The notes under the pieces were generated by a model. The model made no database searches, was not told the origin of the DNA, and was given only the letters and a program-made list of their open reading frames with translations. A stretch of 64,000 bases of DNA from Raja brachyura. Its lineage: Eukaryota. Location of the stretch: positions 13,392,001 to 13,456,000 of the forward strand of contig OY740813.1 in assembly GCA_963514005.1 (NCBI GenBank), in the 5' to 3' direction. Within the stretch, counting starts at the first letter, position 1, and every line of letters starts with the position of its first letter. Made by a program: the position numbers and the translations under genes. This document shows, piece by piece, positions 53,456 to 64,000 of the stretch.

Positions 53456-54114
53456 AGGGCCTGTCCCACTTAAGTGTCCCATGCACACAAATTACGCGAA
53501 CTTGTGGTCGCGTTGAGGCGTACGGGCATCGTATGGCCTCGCAGGGCCGGTCCCACTGAGAAGCGCGGAGGGGTATGTAGTTGTGCGTGACATCGCACGG
53601 GGCTCCGAAATTTTTGTAGCGAACAAAATCTTTGCAACGCCAACGGCCTGTCGCGGAACTGACGGCCAAAGTGGGACAGGCCCAAGACCATGGCGAGACG
53701 CAAACGTCTCACCTCCAAAAGCAGCAGAAGCCGGCAAACGATCGCCGAACCCGGCCTGGGCCTCACGGCCATTGGGGTCCGAATCCGCACCCACTTCTAC
53801 TCCCAGAGCGGGGCCAAGAAAATTGAAGATAGACACAAAATGCTGGAGTAACTCAGCGGGACCGGCAGCATCACTGGAGAGAAGTAATGGGTGACGATCC
53901 CGGTCAAGACCCTTCTTTTCAGACTGAAGAAGGGTCTCGACCCGAAACATCATCCATTGCTTCTCTCCAGAGATGCTGCCGGTCCCGCTGAGTTACCCCA
54001 GCTTTGTGTCCATCTTCAAATGACATCACATGCTCCAGCGGGACCGTCACGGCCCAACGTGACCATGAGGTGGCGTAATTTGCGTGCCAAGGACACGCAA
54101 GTGGGACAGCCCCT
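53456..54114. mobile_element. MITE, PIF/Harbinger-like (copy 4) containing a nested foldback element
   Basis: agggcctgtcccactt...aagtgggacagcccct; flanks tta/taa; internal TIR-like motifs near 53544 and 53670; foldback insertion at about 53826-54018. Confidence 0.82.
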
Positions 54115-54601
54115 TAACAGTCAGAGTCCCAGCCTTTCCCCCATCTTTTCCTAGTTGAATTCATCATGCTCACTATAGATTGAAGAAAGAAGCTGGCCAG
54201 ACAAACATCTGTGCAAAGAAAGTCGCGGTGCTCACCACACCATGGAAACATGAACCCGATGACATCTAATGTGATCTTTCATATGGAATCAAACTAAATT
54301 CAAAATACCGAATTCCATAAAAAGAAACACTTGTTTTTCTTTCATCTTTCGCGACCACAAACAGCCTAAAAGATTAACAGTAATTAAAGTACGTTTGCAG
54401 TGGCAATAACGTAGCACAAGAAGCAGAACAAGAAATTTGAGCACGCTCCAAAACAAAACAGCAATATGATAATGTACACACAACCTGGTTTGTGATATTG
54501 ATTGAGAGATAAATATCGGATATCACAGCAAGGCAAAGTCTTCTTAGTTGGTTGCATCTAGCTGAAAGCACAGAGGGTTAGTTTTCATAGCTGATCTCTA
54601 A

Positions 54602-55143
54602 AGGGCCTGTCCCACTTTCGAGACCTTTACAGCGGACTGCCGGCACCTGTGATAGGTCGCCAAAATTTTCAACATGTTGAAAATTCAACGGCGACCAAAA
54701 AGACGCTATGACTCTTTGGAGACCTCTCACGACCACGGTTGTGAGAGGTCTCCTATGGTCGTGAGAGGTCTCCAAAGAGTCATAACCTCTTTCTGGTCGC
54801 CTATGACGAGTTTAAGAAAAAGGAGTCAGCCATTTAGAGCGGAGATGAGGAAACACTTTTTCTCACAGAGAGTGGTGAGTCTGTGGAATTCTTTGCCTCA
54901 GAGGGCTGTGGAGGCAGGTTCAAGAGAGAGCTAGATAGGGCTCTTAAAAATAGCGGAGTCAGGGATATGGGGAGAAGGCAGGAATGGGGTACTGATTTGG
55001 GCTGATCAGCCATGATCACATTGAATGGCGGTGCTGGCTCAAAGGGCCAAATGGCCTCCTCCTGCACCTATTGTCTATTGTGTATTGAGTACTGGCAGTC
55101 GCCTGTAACGGTCGCAGGCCCTTAAGAAAGTGGGGCAGGCCCT
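54602..55143. mobile_element. MITE, PIF/Harbinger-like (copy 5) containing a nested CR1 3' fragment
   Basis: agggcctgtcccactttc...gaaagtggggcaggccct with perfect TAA TSD; 22-bp palindrome at 54664-54685; CR1 tail at about 54810-55086. Confidence 0.85.
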
Positions 55144-56939
55144 TAAGACTGCGCATCCAATAGTGCAGTGGTCATTCAGCACTGCAATGGAGGGCCAGTC
55201 CTCTCCAGACCTTTGTGGACAAGAGTCCGGAGAGGAACCTATAGCCCACAACCATCTAACTCTGAAAAGAGCATCATCAGCAGAATAGGAACCAAGAGAA
55301 TTTTCAGGAATTATAGTCTAATTTTGATACCTTTCCTCTTCCATTTCACAATGCACTTGTAAAACATCCGACTGCTCCAACCCCACACAAGCTGCTGTAC
55401 AGAAAAGGCACTGTGATCAAACAGAGAGGTATTCCACCAAATGAATCAGACCTCTTGTTAAAGCCTGTGGCACACTTCTTGCTCAATGACATCTTTTAGC
55501 CAGCTTTGTGCAGTATTTTCAGAAATTAGTGTCTTGCAATCAGACGTTAAAGGAGTGAGACATGACAATATCACATCTCTGTCGGAGTATTGGGATTTGC
55601 CTGTAATTTAACTTGTAATCATCTTTCAACTTCACAAGTGCCAATTACACTCTGGAGCTTTACTCTACCAAGGATGCTGCATGAATGTATTATTATAAGA
55701 ATATCCTCAGCCAGGACATTGCAAATTATTGCACAATGAATTTGTGTGGTGGAAGGTGAGGGGGGAAAGTCAGTGGTTCCAACTCATCTCCTGCACCCTC
55801 AAATGTCCAAGATCAGCTGAGGAAGCAGGTTATGTCGACCTTGCACGGTGCACAGAAGTGTGAAGTGGCTGCTGGAGAGCATGTTCATGGTGGTGTTGAG
55901 ACATGGTGGTGGCAGAGACAGCCATGAGAGGCCCTACAGCAAGCAACCAGATGAGCAAGTGGATCTAGTGCAGCCTAGGGCAGCTGCACAGAATGGCAGT
56001 GGAAGGAGCAGACAGCATCACCCTGGGTCAGGCCAACCCTACTTCATTGATCCAGAGCCACCAGAACACAGGGCTTAAAAGTGAGAAATATAAAAATTTG
56101 CATGCCTCCTCAGGCTGAGGCCCGATTTCTCAGAGACTTGGAAGGTGCAAGATAGCACCAGAACGTGGCAACTCTGTGTGCCGTTTCAGGCGAGGATCTA
56201 TTGTACTCCAGTATAGCATAAGTTGATGGATCGTATGCAGAACAAGCATTTCACTGAATCTCTAACGACCTGACAGTAAAGAGACCATTTTCATTCATTG
56301 TTGAAGAAGGAACTGCAGATGCTGGAAAATCGAAGGTAGACAAAAATGCTGGAGAAACTCAGCGGGTGAGGCAGCACCTATGGAGCGAAGGAAATAGGCG
56401 ACGTTTCGGGTCGAGACCCTTTGATAAGTTAAAGTGGACCACCCAGCATTCTTTTTTTTTAATGAGGGATCTTATTCTCAGCCTCTGATGTAACAACATT
56501 GTAATAATATCTGCACATTATTGCACAGGGCACCGTGATTCCTAGCAGGAAATTTACGTTCTGTTTAGGAAGCGTTTTTTCTCTCTATTTTTTCCCTCCT
56601 AAAATGAGGACCACAAGCAGGGCATGTGGATAGAATTTATGAAATGACAGCTACAAAAACAGCAACCCGATGACAGATTTCAATGCCACAAATCCCAGAA
56701 GTGAAGCTTGAGCAGAATGTATATAATTTGAAACGCAAAATACTCATTAAGAAGATATGCAAGATGTAGCTATGTATTATATAACGATGCATACAGCATA
56801 TATCATTATTTATATTATGTATAATATGCGCTTTCCCCAGTCGCATATTGAAGGAACGCCCTTCCGTTTAACAATTTATTCAAGATGTAATATTTGTAAT
56901 TGGCAAAATGTGCACTATGGAATACTATTCTGTATATTC

Positions 56940-57232
56940 TGTATCTACCAGGAATCTGCACGAAAGCCTCTCAGCCTCATAGAGATACGCAAGATGAAAT
57001 TTGCAGAACATGTACTCAGAATGTCACCAGAACGTGCACCCAAGATAGCAAGCTGACGGAAGAAGGAAAAGAGGCAGAACTCACATGGAGGCGAACATTG
57101 CAGAAGGATTTGGAAGCCTGGGACACAAACCTTTAGAGGGGGGAAGACGGCGCACATAACCAAACAGAATGGCGAAAGCTTGCTGCCCAAATGCACTGGA
57201 CAGTGTGGGAGGAACTAAGTCTAAGTAAGTAA
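56940..57232 (+). mobile_element. RTE-type LINE 3' remnant
   Basis: IRKMKFAEHVLRMSPERAPKIA...TWRRTLQKDL...EWRKLAA resembles an RTE ORF C-terminus; ends aggaactaagtctaagtaagta. Confidence 0.6.
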
Positions 57233-58794
57233 TAATAGATAAAGCGAGCTGTTCTATTTGATATATATTGTGCAGCAAGCACTGTGCTCTTCATAATGCA
57301 TTAAAAAAATTCAGATCAAAGTGTAGGATATTTTATGACCACCAGAGATACAAACCATCCTTTGCTTTCATGTCTCAGCTCAAAGATGTAATTTCCAACA
57401 GTGCAGTACAGAGGTTGGGATGTTATGTTGCAGATGTATAAAACATTGGGGAGGTTGCAATTGGAGTATTCTGTTGAGTGGGGTCATGCTACTATTGAAA
57501 GATGTCTTTAATTTGGAAAAGGTGGAGAAAGGATTCACGGGAACAAGGCCCTGAGCTATAGGAGGAGGTTGCGCAATCTAAGACGTTTTTGCCTGAAGTG
57601 ATGAAGATTGAGGAGTGACCAGATAGAGATGTATAACATCACGAGGCGCATAGATAGGGTGAATGCACATAGTCTTTTCCCCCCCAAAGTTGGGAATCAA
57701 GAATTAGAGGACAAAGGTTTAAAGTGAGAGGGAAAAAAATTAATTGGAACGCGAGAGACCACTTTTTCACTGAGGGTTTTTACATTTACGAAATGAGCGG
57801 TAGGAAGATATGGTTGAAGCGGGTGCATTAACACCATTTCAAAGAAGTGTGGACTTGTACATAAATAGGAAAGGTTTACAGGGATATGGGGCAATCAGGA
57901 CTAGCTTAGGTAGGCATCTTGGTCGGTAGGAACAAGTTGGACAGATGGGCTAATTTTTGTGCTGTATTACTTTTATGATAGAACCAGCCTAGTTTGTCAG
58001 AGTAGAGTTAATAACTGGGCAGAGATGGCAGATTTTATCTTAATGACACGGCTTTATCAGAGTTATCAATCTAGCGTACCATTAAAGTGAAATTACCATT
58101 GTATTCAGTTTTCAAAATCAATATTTCTTTGGGTTCTTTACAAGCATTGGTTTGGCAATTTGGTTCTTTAGTGAACTATCTTGTTTCAAAAACAATCTCA
58201 GCTCAACACCACAACCCAGTGCTATTAGTATGAGTCACATTATTTCTATGAAACCTGACATTGTTTAAATACAATCCATCCAATTCTTTGTGCTTGACCC
58301 TTGTACTAAGCTGCTCTTGTTACAGCAATGCCAGTCCAGCGCGGTGTGGAAAAATAATCTGTCCATCCTTCCCTTATCTGGCTCCCGTTCTTCCATTTTT
58401 ATCAGATTCCATAACCTGCAGTCATTCTTTGTGGACTATATTTATTAACTCCCAGTCTCTGTCGCTATCTTTGAATTCTCCAATTTCATCCCTACTCCAG
58501 TACATACACATTTCACCCGCCACATTAGACGCCCTGCTCCTTTCCCCTCTTCTATATACTCATCTCCCATCCCAGTGTCAAATATTTTCCTTTTATCTCC
58601 CTTATTTTTACCAATATCCTTCCACCCGTATCTCTCCCTCCAGTTCTACATTTCACTTCTCAGCTTCGATTTTTTCTGACAACCTCGTGTCTCCTTTTTA
58701 CCTCTAACATTGGAAACTTACTCCACCCATCTGCCAATCGACCCTTTCACCAGCATCACTTGCCAAGCTTTGCATGACCTCCACCAGAGAATGG

Positions 58795-59196
58795 AGCCGC
58801 TGGGCTTGTAAACTCTGGAGCTTAGAAGGATGAGAGGGGATCTTATTGAAACATATAAGATTGTTAAGGGTTTGGACACGCTAGAGGCGGGAAACATGTT
58901 CCCAATGTTGGGGGAGTCCAGACCAGGGGCCACAGTTTAAGAATAAGGGGTAAGACATTTAGAACGGAGACCAGGAAACACTATTTCTCACAGAGAGTTG
59001 GGAGTCTGTGGAATTCCCTGCCTCAGGAGGCCGGTTCTCTGGATACTTTCAAGAGAGAGCTAGATAGGGCTCTTAAAGATAGCAGAGTCAGGGGATATGG
59101 GGAGAGCGCAGGAACGGGATACTGATTGGGGATGATCAGCCATGATCACAATGAATGGCGGTGCTGGCCTACTCCTGCACCTATTGTCTATTGTCT
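58795..59196 (+). mobile_element. CR1-type LINE 3' fragment
   Basis: LELRRMRGDLIETYKIVKGLDTLEAGNMFPMLGESR; tail ctattgtctattgtct. Confidence 0.85.
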
Positions 59197-59997
59197 TGCC
59201 AGCTTTCTCCATCCTACTCCATCAGTTTGAAGATGTGAATGGAGATCACAGTCATTAAGATTCACTCGGTCAGACCCGGGGCATTTAACAGATGATTTAA
59301 TACAAGTCTTTAAAATCATAATGGGTATTGACATGTATCTCATTATGAGGAGACAGTTTTTCTGCAGTAGGGGAGTCAGTAACCAGAGGACAAAGATTCA
59401 AGAGAATCAGAAAAGAAACCAGAAAGAAATGCGAATGAAAGATTTACATGGTGAGTTGTTGTCATGTGGAAAGTATGCCCGATAGGCACTTGGAAAAACA
59501 CTGATTCCAAGTTAGATCAGAAATAACTGCCTGTAAAGATCTTGGATGGAAGTTAATCGAGCTCATTTTCAGAGGGATATAATAGACTGAAAAAAAGTTC
59601 TAAATGAGTTAGATGAACTGTGTGATTAACTTACATAAGTTATTGCTCCCCACAAGAGGCGGTGCCACGGATGCTGTAGACTATGTCGTGTGCAAAATAC
59701 TATGTTGCCACTCGTCCACTGCTTGTGTGACATTAGTCACAATTGTTTAGTACATTTGTTATCTAGAGCTTCCACACCTTCCATTCACTACAATGCCACT
59801 GCCTTTAACATGCTATTTATAACCCATTTACAGCACCAGCCTTCTCTAGGGGATCAACTCTGCATTCTTACTGCCCATTTTCAGTGCCGCTATAGTAACT
59901 GCTGCCAGCTCTGGAATTTGTCCCCTAACTTTCTGTCACCTCCTTTCAGGTTCTCTTTATAATTCATCCATGCCAAAACATTATTTGGCTAGGCGCA

Positions 59998-61525
59998 AAT
60001 TTTATTAAAAAGTATTTTTATACATTTTGGTTTCACCATGTAGAAATTACAGCTGTGTTTATACATCGTCCCCCCATTTCAGGGCACTGTAATGTTTGGG
60101 ACACATGGTTTCACAGGTGTTTGTAATTGGTCAGGTGTGTTTAAATGCCCCCTTAATGCAGGTATAAGAGTTCTCAGCACCTAGTCTTTTCCCCAGTCTT
60201 TCCATCACCTCTGGAAACTTTTATTGCTGTTTATCAACATGAGGACCAAAGTTGTGCCAATGAAAGTCAAAGAAGCCCTTGTGAGACTGAGAAACAAGAA
60301 TAAAACTGTTAGAGACATCAGCCAAACCTTAGGCTTACCAAAATCAACTGTTTGGATCATCATTAAGAAGAAAGAGAGCACTGGTGAGCTTACTAATCGC
60401 AAAGGGACTGGCAGGCCAAGGAAGACCTCTACAGCTGATGACAGAAGAATTCTCTCTATAATAAAAAAAAATCCCCAAACACCCATCCGACAGATCAGAA
60501 ACACTCTTCAGGAGTCAGATGTGGATTTATCAATGACCACTGTCCGCAGAAGACTTCATGAACAGAAATACAGAGGCTACACTGCAAGATGCAAACCACT
60601 GGTTAGCCACAAAAATAGGAAGGCCAGGTTACTGTTTGCCAAGAAGTACTTAAAAGAGCAATCACAGTTCTTGAAAAAGGTTGTGTGGTCAGATGAGACG
60701 AAGATTAACATATCAGAGTGATGGCAAGAGCCAAGAATGGAGAGAGAAGGAACTGCCCAAGATCCAAAGCATACCACTTCATCTGTGGGGGTGTTATGGC
60801 CTGGGCATGTATGTCTGCTGAAGGTACTGGCTCACTTATCTTCATTTATGATACAACTGCTGATGGTAGTAACATTATGAATTCTGAAGTGTTTAGACAC
60901 ATCCTATTCTGCTCAAGTTCAAACAAATGCCTAAAAACTCATTGGCCGGCGGTTCATTCAACAGCAAGACAATGATCCCAAACGTACTGCTAAAGCAACA
61001 AAGGAGTTTTTCAAAGCTAAAAAATGGTCAATTCTTGAGTGGCCAAGTCAATCACCCGATCTGAACCCAATTAAGCATGCGTTTTATACATTGATGAGAA
61101 AACTGAAGGGGACTAGTCCCCAAAACATACATAAGCTAAAGATGGCTATAATACAGGCCCGGCAGGGCATCACCAGAGAAGACACCCAGCAACTGGTGAT
61201 GTCCATGAATCGCAGACTTCAAGCAGTCATTGCATGCAAAGGATATGCAACAAAATACTAAACACGACTCCTTTCATTTACATGACATTGCTGTGTCCCA
61301 AACATTATGGTGCCCTGAAATGGGGGGGGGGGGGGGGACTAGGTATAAACGCAGCTGTAATTTCTACATGGTGAAAACAAAATGTATAAAAATGGCCTTT
61401 ATTAAAATCTGACAATGTGCACTTTAACTACATGTGATTTATTCTATTAGAAATCTCAAATTGTGGAGTACAGAGGCAAATAAATAAGCGATGGGTCTTT
61501 GTCCCAAACATTATGGAGGGCACTG
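59998..61525 (+). mobile_element. Tc1 DNA transposon, IR/DR type, decayed; left TIR truncated
   Basis: Long inverted repeats (about 60000-60106 vs 61294-61410). The right TIR carries two direct-repeat motifs (tgtcccaaacattatgg) and ends cactg at 61525. The outer part of the left TIR is missing. Confidence 0.92.
60239..61261 (+). pseudogene. Tc1 DD34E transposase pseudogene
   Basis: MRTKVVPMKVKEA...GRPRKT...WSDETKIN...QQDNDPK...WPSQSPDLNPI(K)...GYATKY*. There are 34 residues between the second D and the E position, which reads K. Frameshifts near 60710, 60785 and 60908; in-frame TAA near 60932. Confidence 0.92.
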
Positions 61526-64000
61526 CAGTTATATTCTGTTGCTGCACAAGAGTGGGTGTTAATCAGACCGCTTCTTGAGCTTACTCTGCCATTCACAACT
61601 GAACTGATCTTTGGCTTCAATTGCACTATAACCTTTCATTGTCATAAACTCTATTGATCCCACCTTTGAAAATACATATAGACCGAGCATCACATCCCTC
61701 TGGAGTAAAGAATTCCAAAGGTTTACTGCACTCCACGGTAAGAAATTCCTCTTGTTCTGATTGGTGACCAAGCCCCTGACAAGCTGTGTCCGTTGACATC
61801 TCCCACTGTTCAGGGGCTTTTTTTAAATGTCGCTTATCGACACGGAGTACTCTATGTTCCTCACCTTCGTTTTTAAATTAATCCTCTCTACCATTTACAC
61901 TCTAGGGACTTCTCTCCCCAACAGTTAACATTACAAATTGTTACAGTCCAACCTTTCATTACACTCTTTTAACAAACCACATTTCCCATTTTAGAAAGAT
62001 CAGGTGCTCATGCAAGTTCCTGACTGCCCGATTATCCCATGTCTGTAGACTACCAGACTGCCTCCCATTCATCCATTCGACTGCCCTACTCTCATCTTCA
62101 ATATCGATGTTCGTCTTTTTACCAGCCTTTCCCTTACAAATGGAAAATAAAACTGACATAAATAATAATTTCTTCAGATGAATGCAGAGGGGGAAAAAAA
62201 ATGGCATAAATTTAGAATGTAGTGCCAAAAGCAGCTTTCGATATCACTATTACCACAGTGCAGTCATAACAGGTGTAGTGTAGATAGACTGGAAAATAAA
62301 AACCACGTGGACTAATACAAAATGTACATGAAAAATCCCCTTGATAACAGAGTACAAACCTAATACTCAGAATGAAATGACTTCTGCTTATTACAAATGG
62401 TGACCATTCTCTCTCTGTCTCTCTCTTACCCTTTCTTTTATAAGGATCCATATAATATGCCTATTCTACAACCTGTTCCTCACCTGATATATTGTCTGGG
62501 AAACAATGAGCACAATGACAATTTATACTAACAATCATCTGCCTTTCCCACCACCATATAATCCATAGAAGACAATCTATGCCTGCTCACGAGCTCCATT
62601 ATCAGGCTTCTGAATGGTCCTTCCATAGGCTGGGATTCACCTCAACCCCATTGAGGACATCGGTAATTGTCAATGGAACTGGTGTGCTACAATGCTGAGA
62701 GCTATATTCTGCACTCTGTATCGTCGTCTTTGCTTTAACGATTGTATTCGAGAGTGAGTTGATTGCATTCATGTACGGTATATCTGCTGTGTTTGGATAG
62801 CATGCAAACCAAAACTTGTCACTGTACCTCGCTATGCATGGCAATAATACATCTAAACCGTTGCAAGAGCTCTCATGCACTGTGGGGCTAGGACACGTAT
62901 TAGACAAGAATAAAGTTGACTGTGTGTACTTGTATAAACTTGCGTATCCAAATAAATCAAAACCATCTCTGCTTTTTTCTTGTACTTTCAAAGCTAGTAT
63001 TGAAATGTTTCCCCTTTACCATTCACCTCAAAGCATTTTTTCAAATTGCATGCCAACTATCCCCATTTAAAATGAAATGGAACAACATGCACCAATGTTC
63101 CTGAATGACTAAGCGTTACTTGCGCAGGTTGTTTTTCTGAGCCACTGTACAAAGAAGCATCAACTGCATGCAACACTTGTGAAGAGCAGTTTACAGCACC
63201 CAGCAGAGGGAGGAGACGGGAAAGGAGGAGATGGGAGAAGCTCATTTAGAGTCACCCAGCACAAAGCAAAAGCTGCAGCCCATTTTATATACATTGACCA
63301 AGATGCCCCATTAATGCTGTTCTCATTTTCCTGCACCTGGCTCAACTGGTAAGTGAGAGGTGGGTGGATATAGGTGTGGGGTGTGTAGAAAGGAACTGTA
63401 GATACTGGTATATACTGAGGATAGACACTGAAGAAGGGTCCAGACCCAAAAGGTCTCACATCTATTTTCTCCAGAGATGCTGCCTGACACGCTGAGTTAC
63501 TCCAACTCTTTGTGCCTATCTATGGGTGAGGGAGGCTTGGTTGCTAGACTTTGTCCCACCCCCACCTCTCCTTTCACTATAGGTCTGGCCTTTGAGTCCT
63601 GGCAACATCCTCGCAAATTTTCTCTGTTTGCGAATCTTCTCCGTTGTGCAGTGTTTCCAGCTTAATGGCATCTTTCATATAACGGGGTGACCAAAACTGA
63701 ACACAATACTCCATGTGTGGAACAAAAACTGGATGGATTTTTGCCAAAGCATACACAAAACCACACGATCACTGTCGGGAAGATACACTGGAATTTATTT
63801 TAATTTTATCAGAGTTAGCTGGAGAACATTTGCTGGGGAAAACAATGAGAGTTCGGAGAGCAAGCTGACTAGTGAAAGTACAACCACGTAGTTGTTTTAA
63901 TACCAGCGACTTTAGATTGTGGAACAAAAGAACAGATCTGTGTTGCGGAGTTTGAAGCGCCAAAGTTGAATTGTAGGTTACTATTTGGCAGAATATTTGC

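Noticed and set aside
58261-58707. 148-aa Ser/Leu-rich ORF
   Set aside because: Pyrimidine-rich decayed repeat-like sequence, TTG start, no splice or homology support.

Overview
Vertebrate genomic DNA, not prokaryotic. The repeat content (HE1/V-SINE-like SINEs, CR1 tails, Rex1-type LINEs, Penelope-type foldbacks) suggests a cartilaginous fish, probably a skate or ray; this is inference. The one host gene I can support is the 5' part of RALGDS (Ral guanine nucleotide dissociation stimulator) on the minus strand: coding exon 1 at 21440-21622, exon 2 at 1460-1570, and the start of exon 3 at 1-38, all joined in phase 0. Exons 2 and 3 are absent from the ORF track. The 19.9-kb intron 1 holds at least two candidate alternative first exons. 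The rest is intronic or upstream DNA dense with transposons: five CpG-rich palindromic PIF/Harbinger-type MITEs, two hAT elements with perfect 8-bp TSDs, a decayed Tc1, LINE fragments, SINEs, and about 20 Penelope-type foldback elements. The youngest foldbacks carry a hammerhead-ribozyme-like core. Most ORF-track entries are chance or repeat-derived. I found no clear new multi-gene system; the best leads are the hammerhead-bearing foldbacks, the modular MITE family and the RALGDS alternative N-termini. Boundaries of old repeats are approximate.
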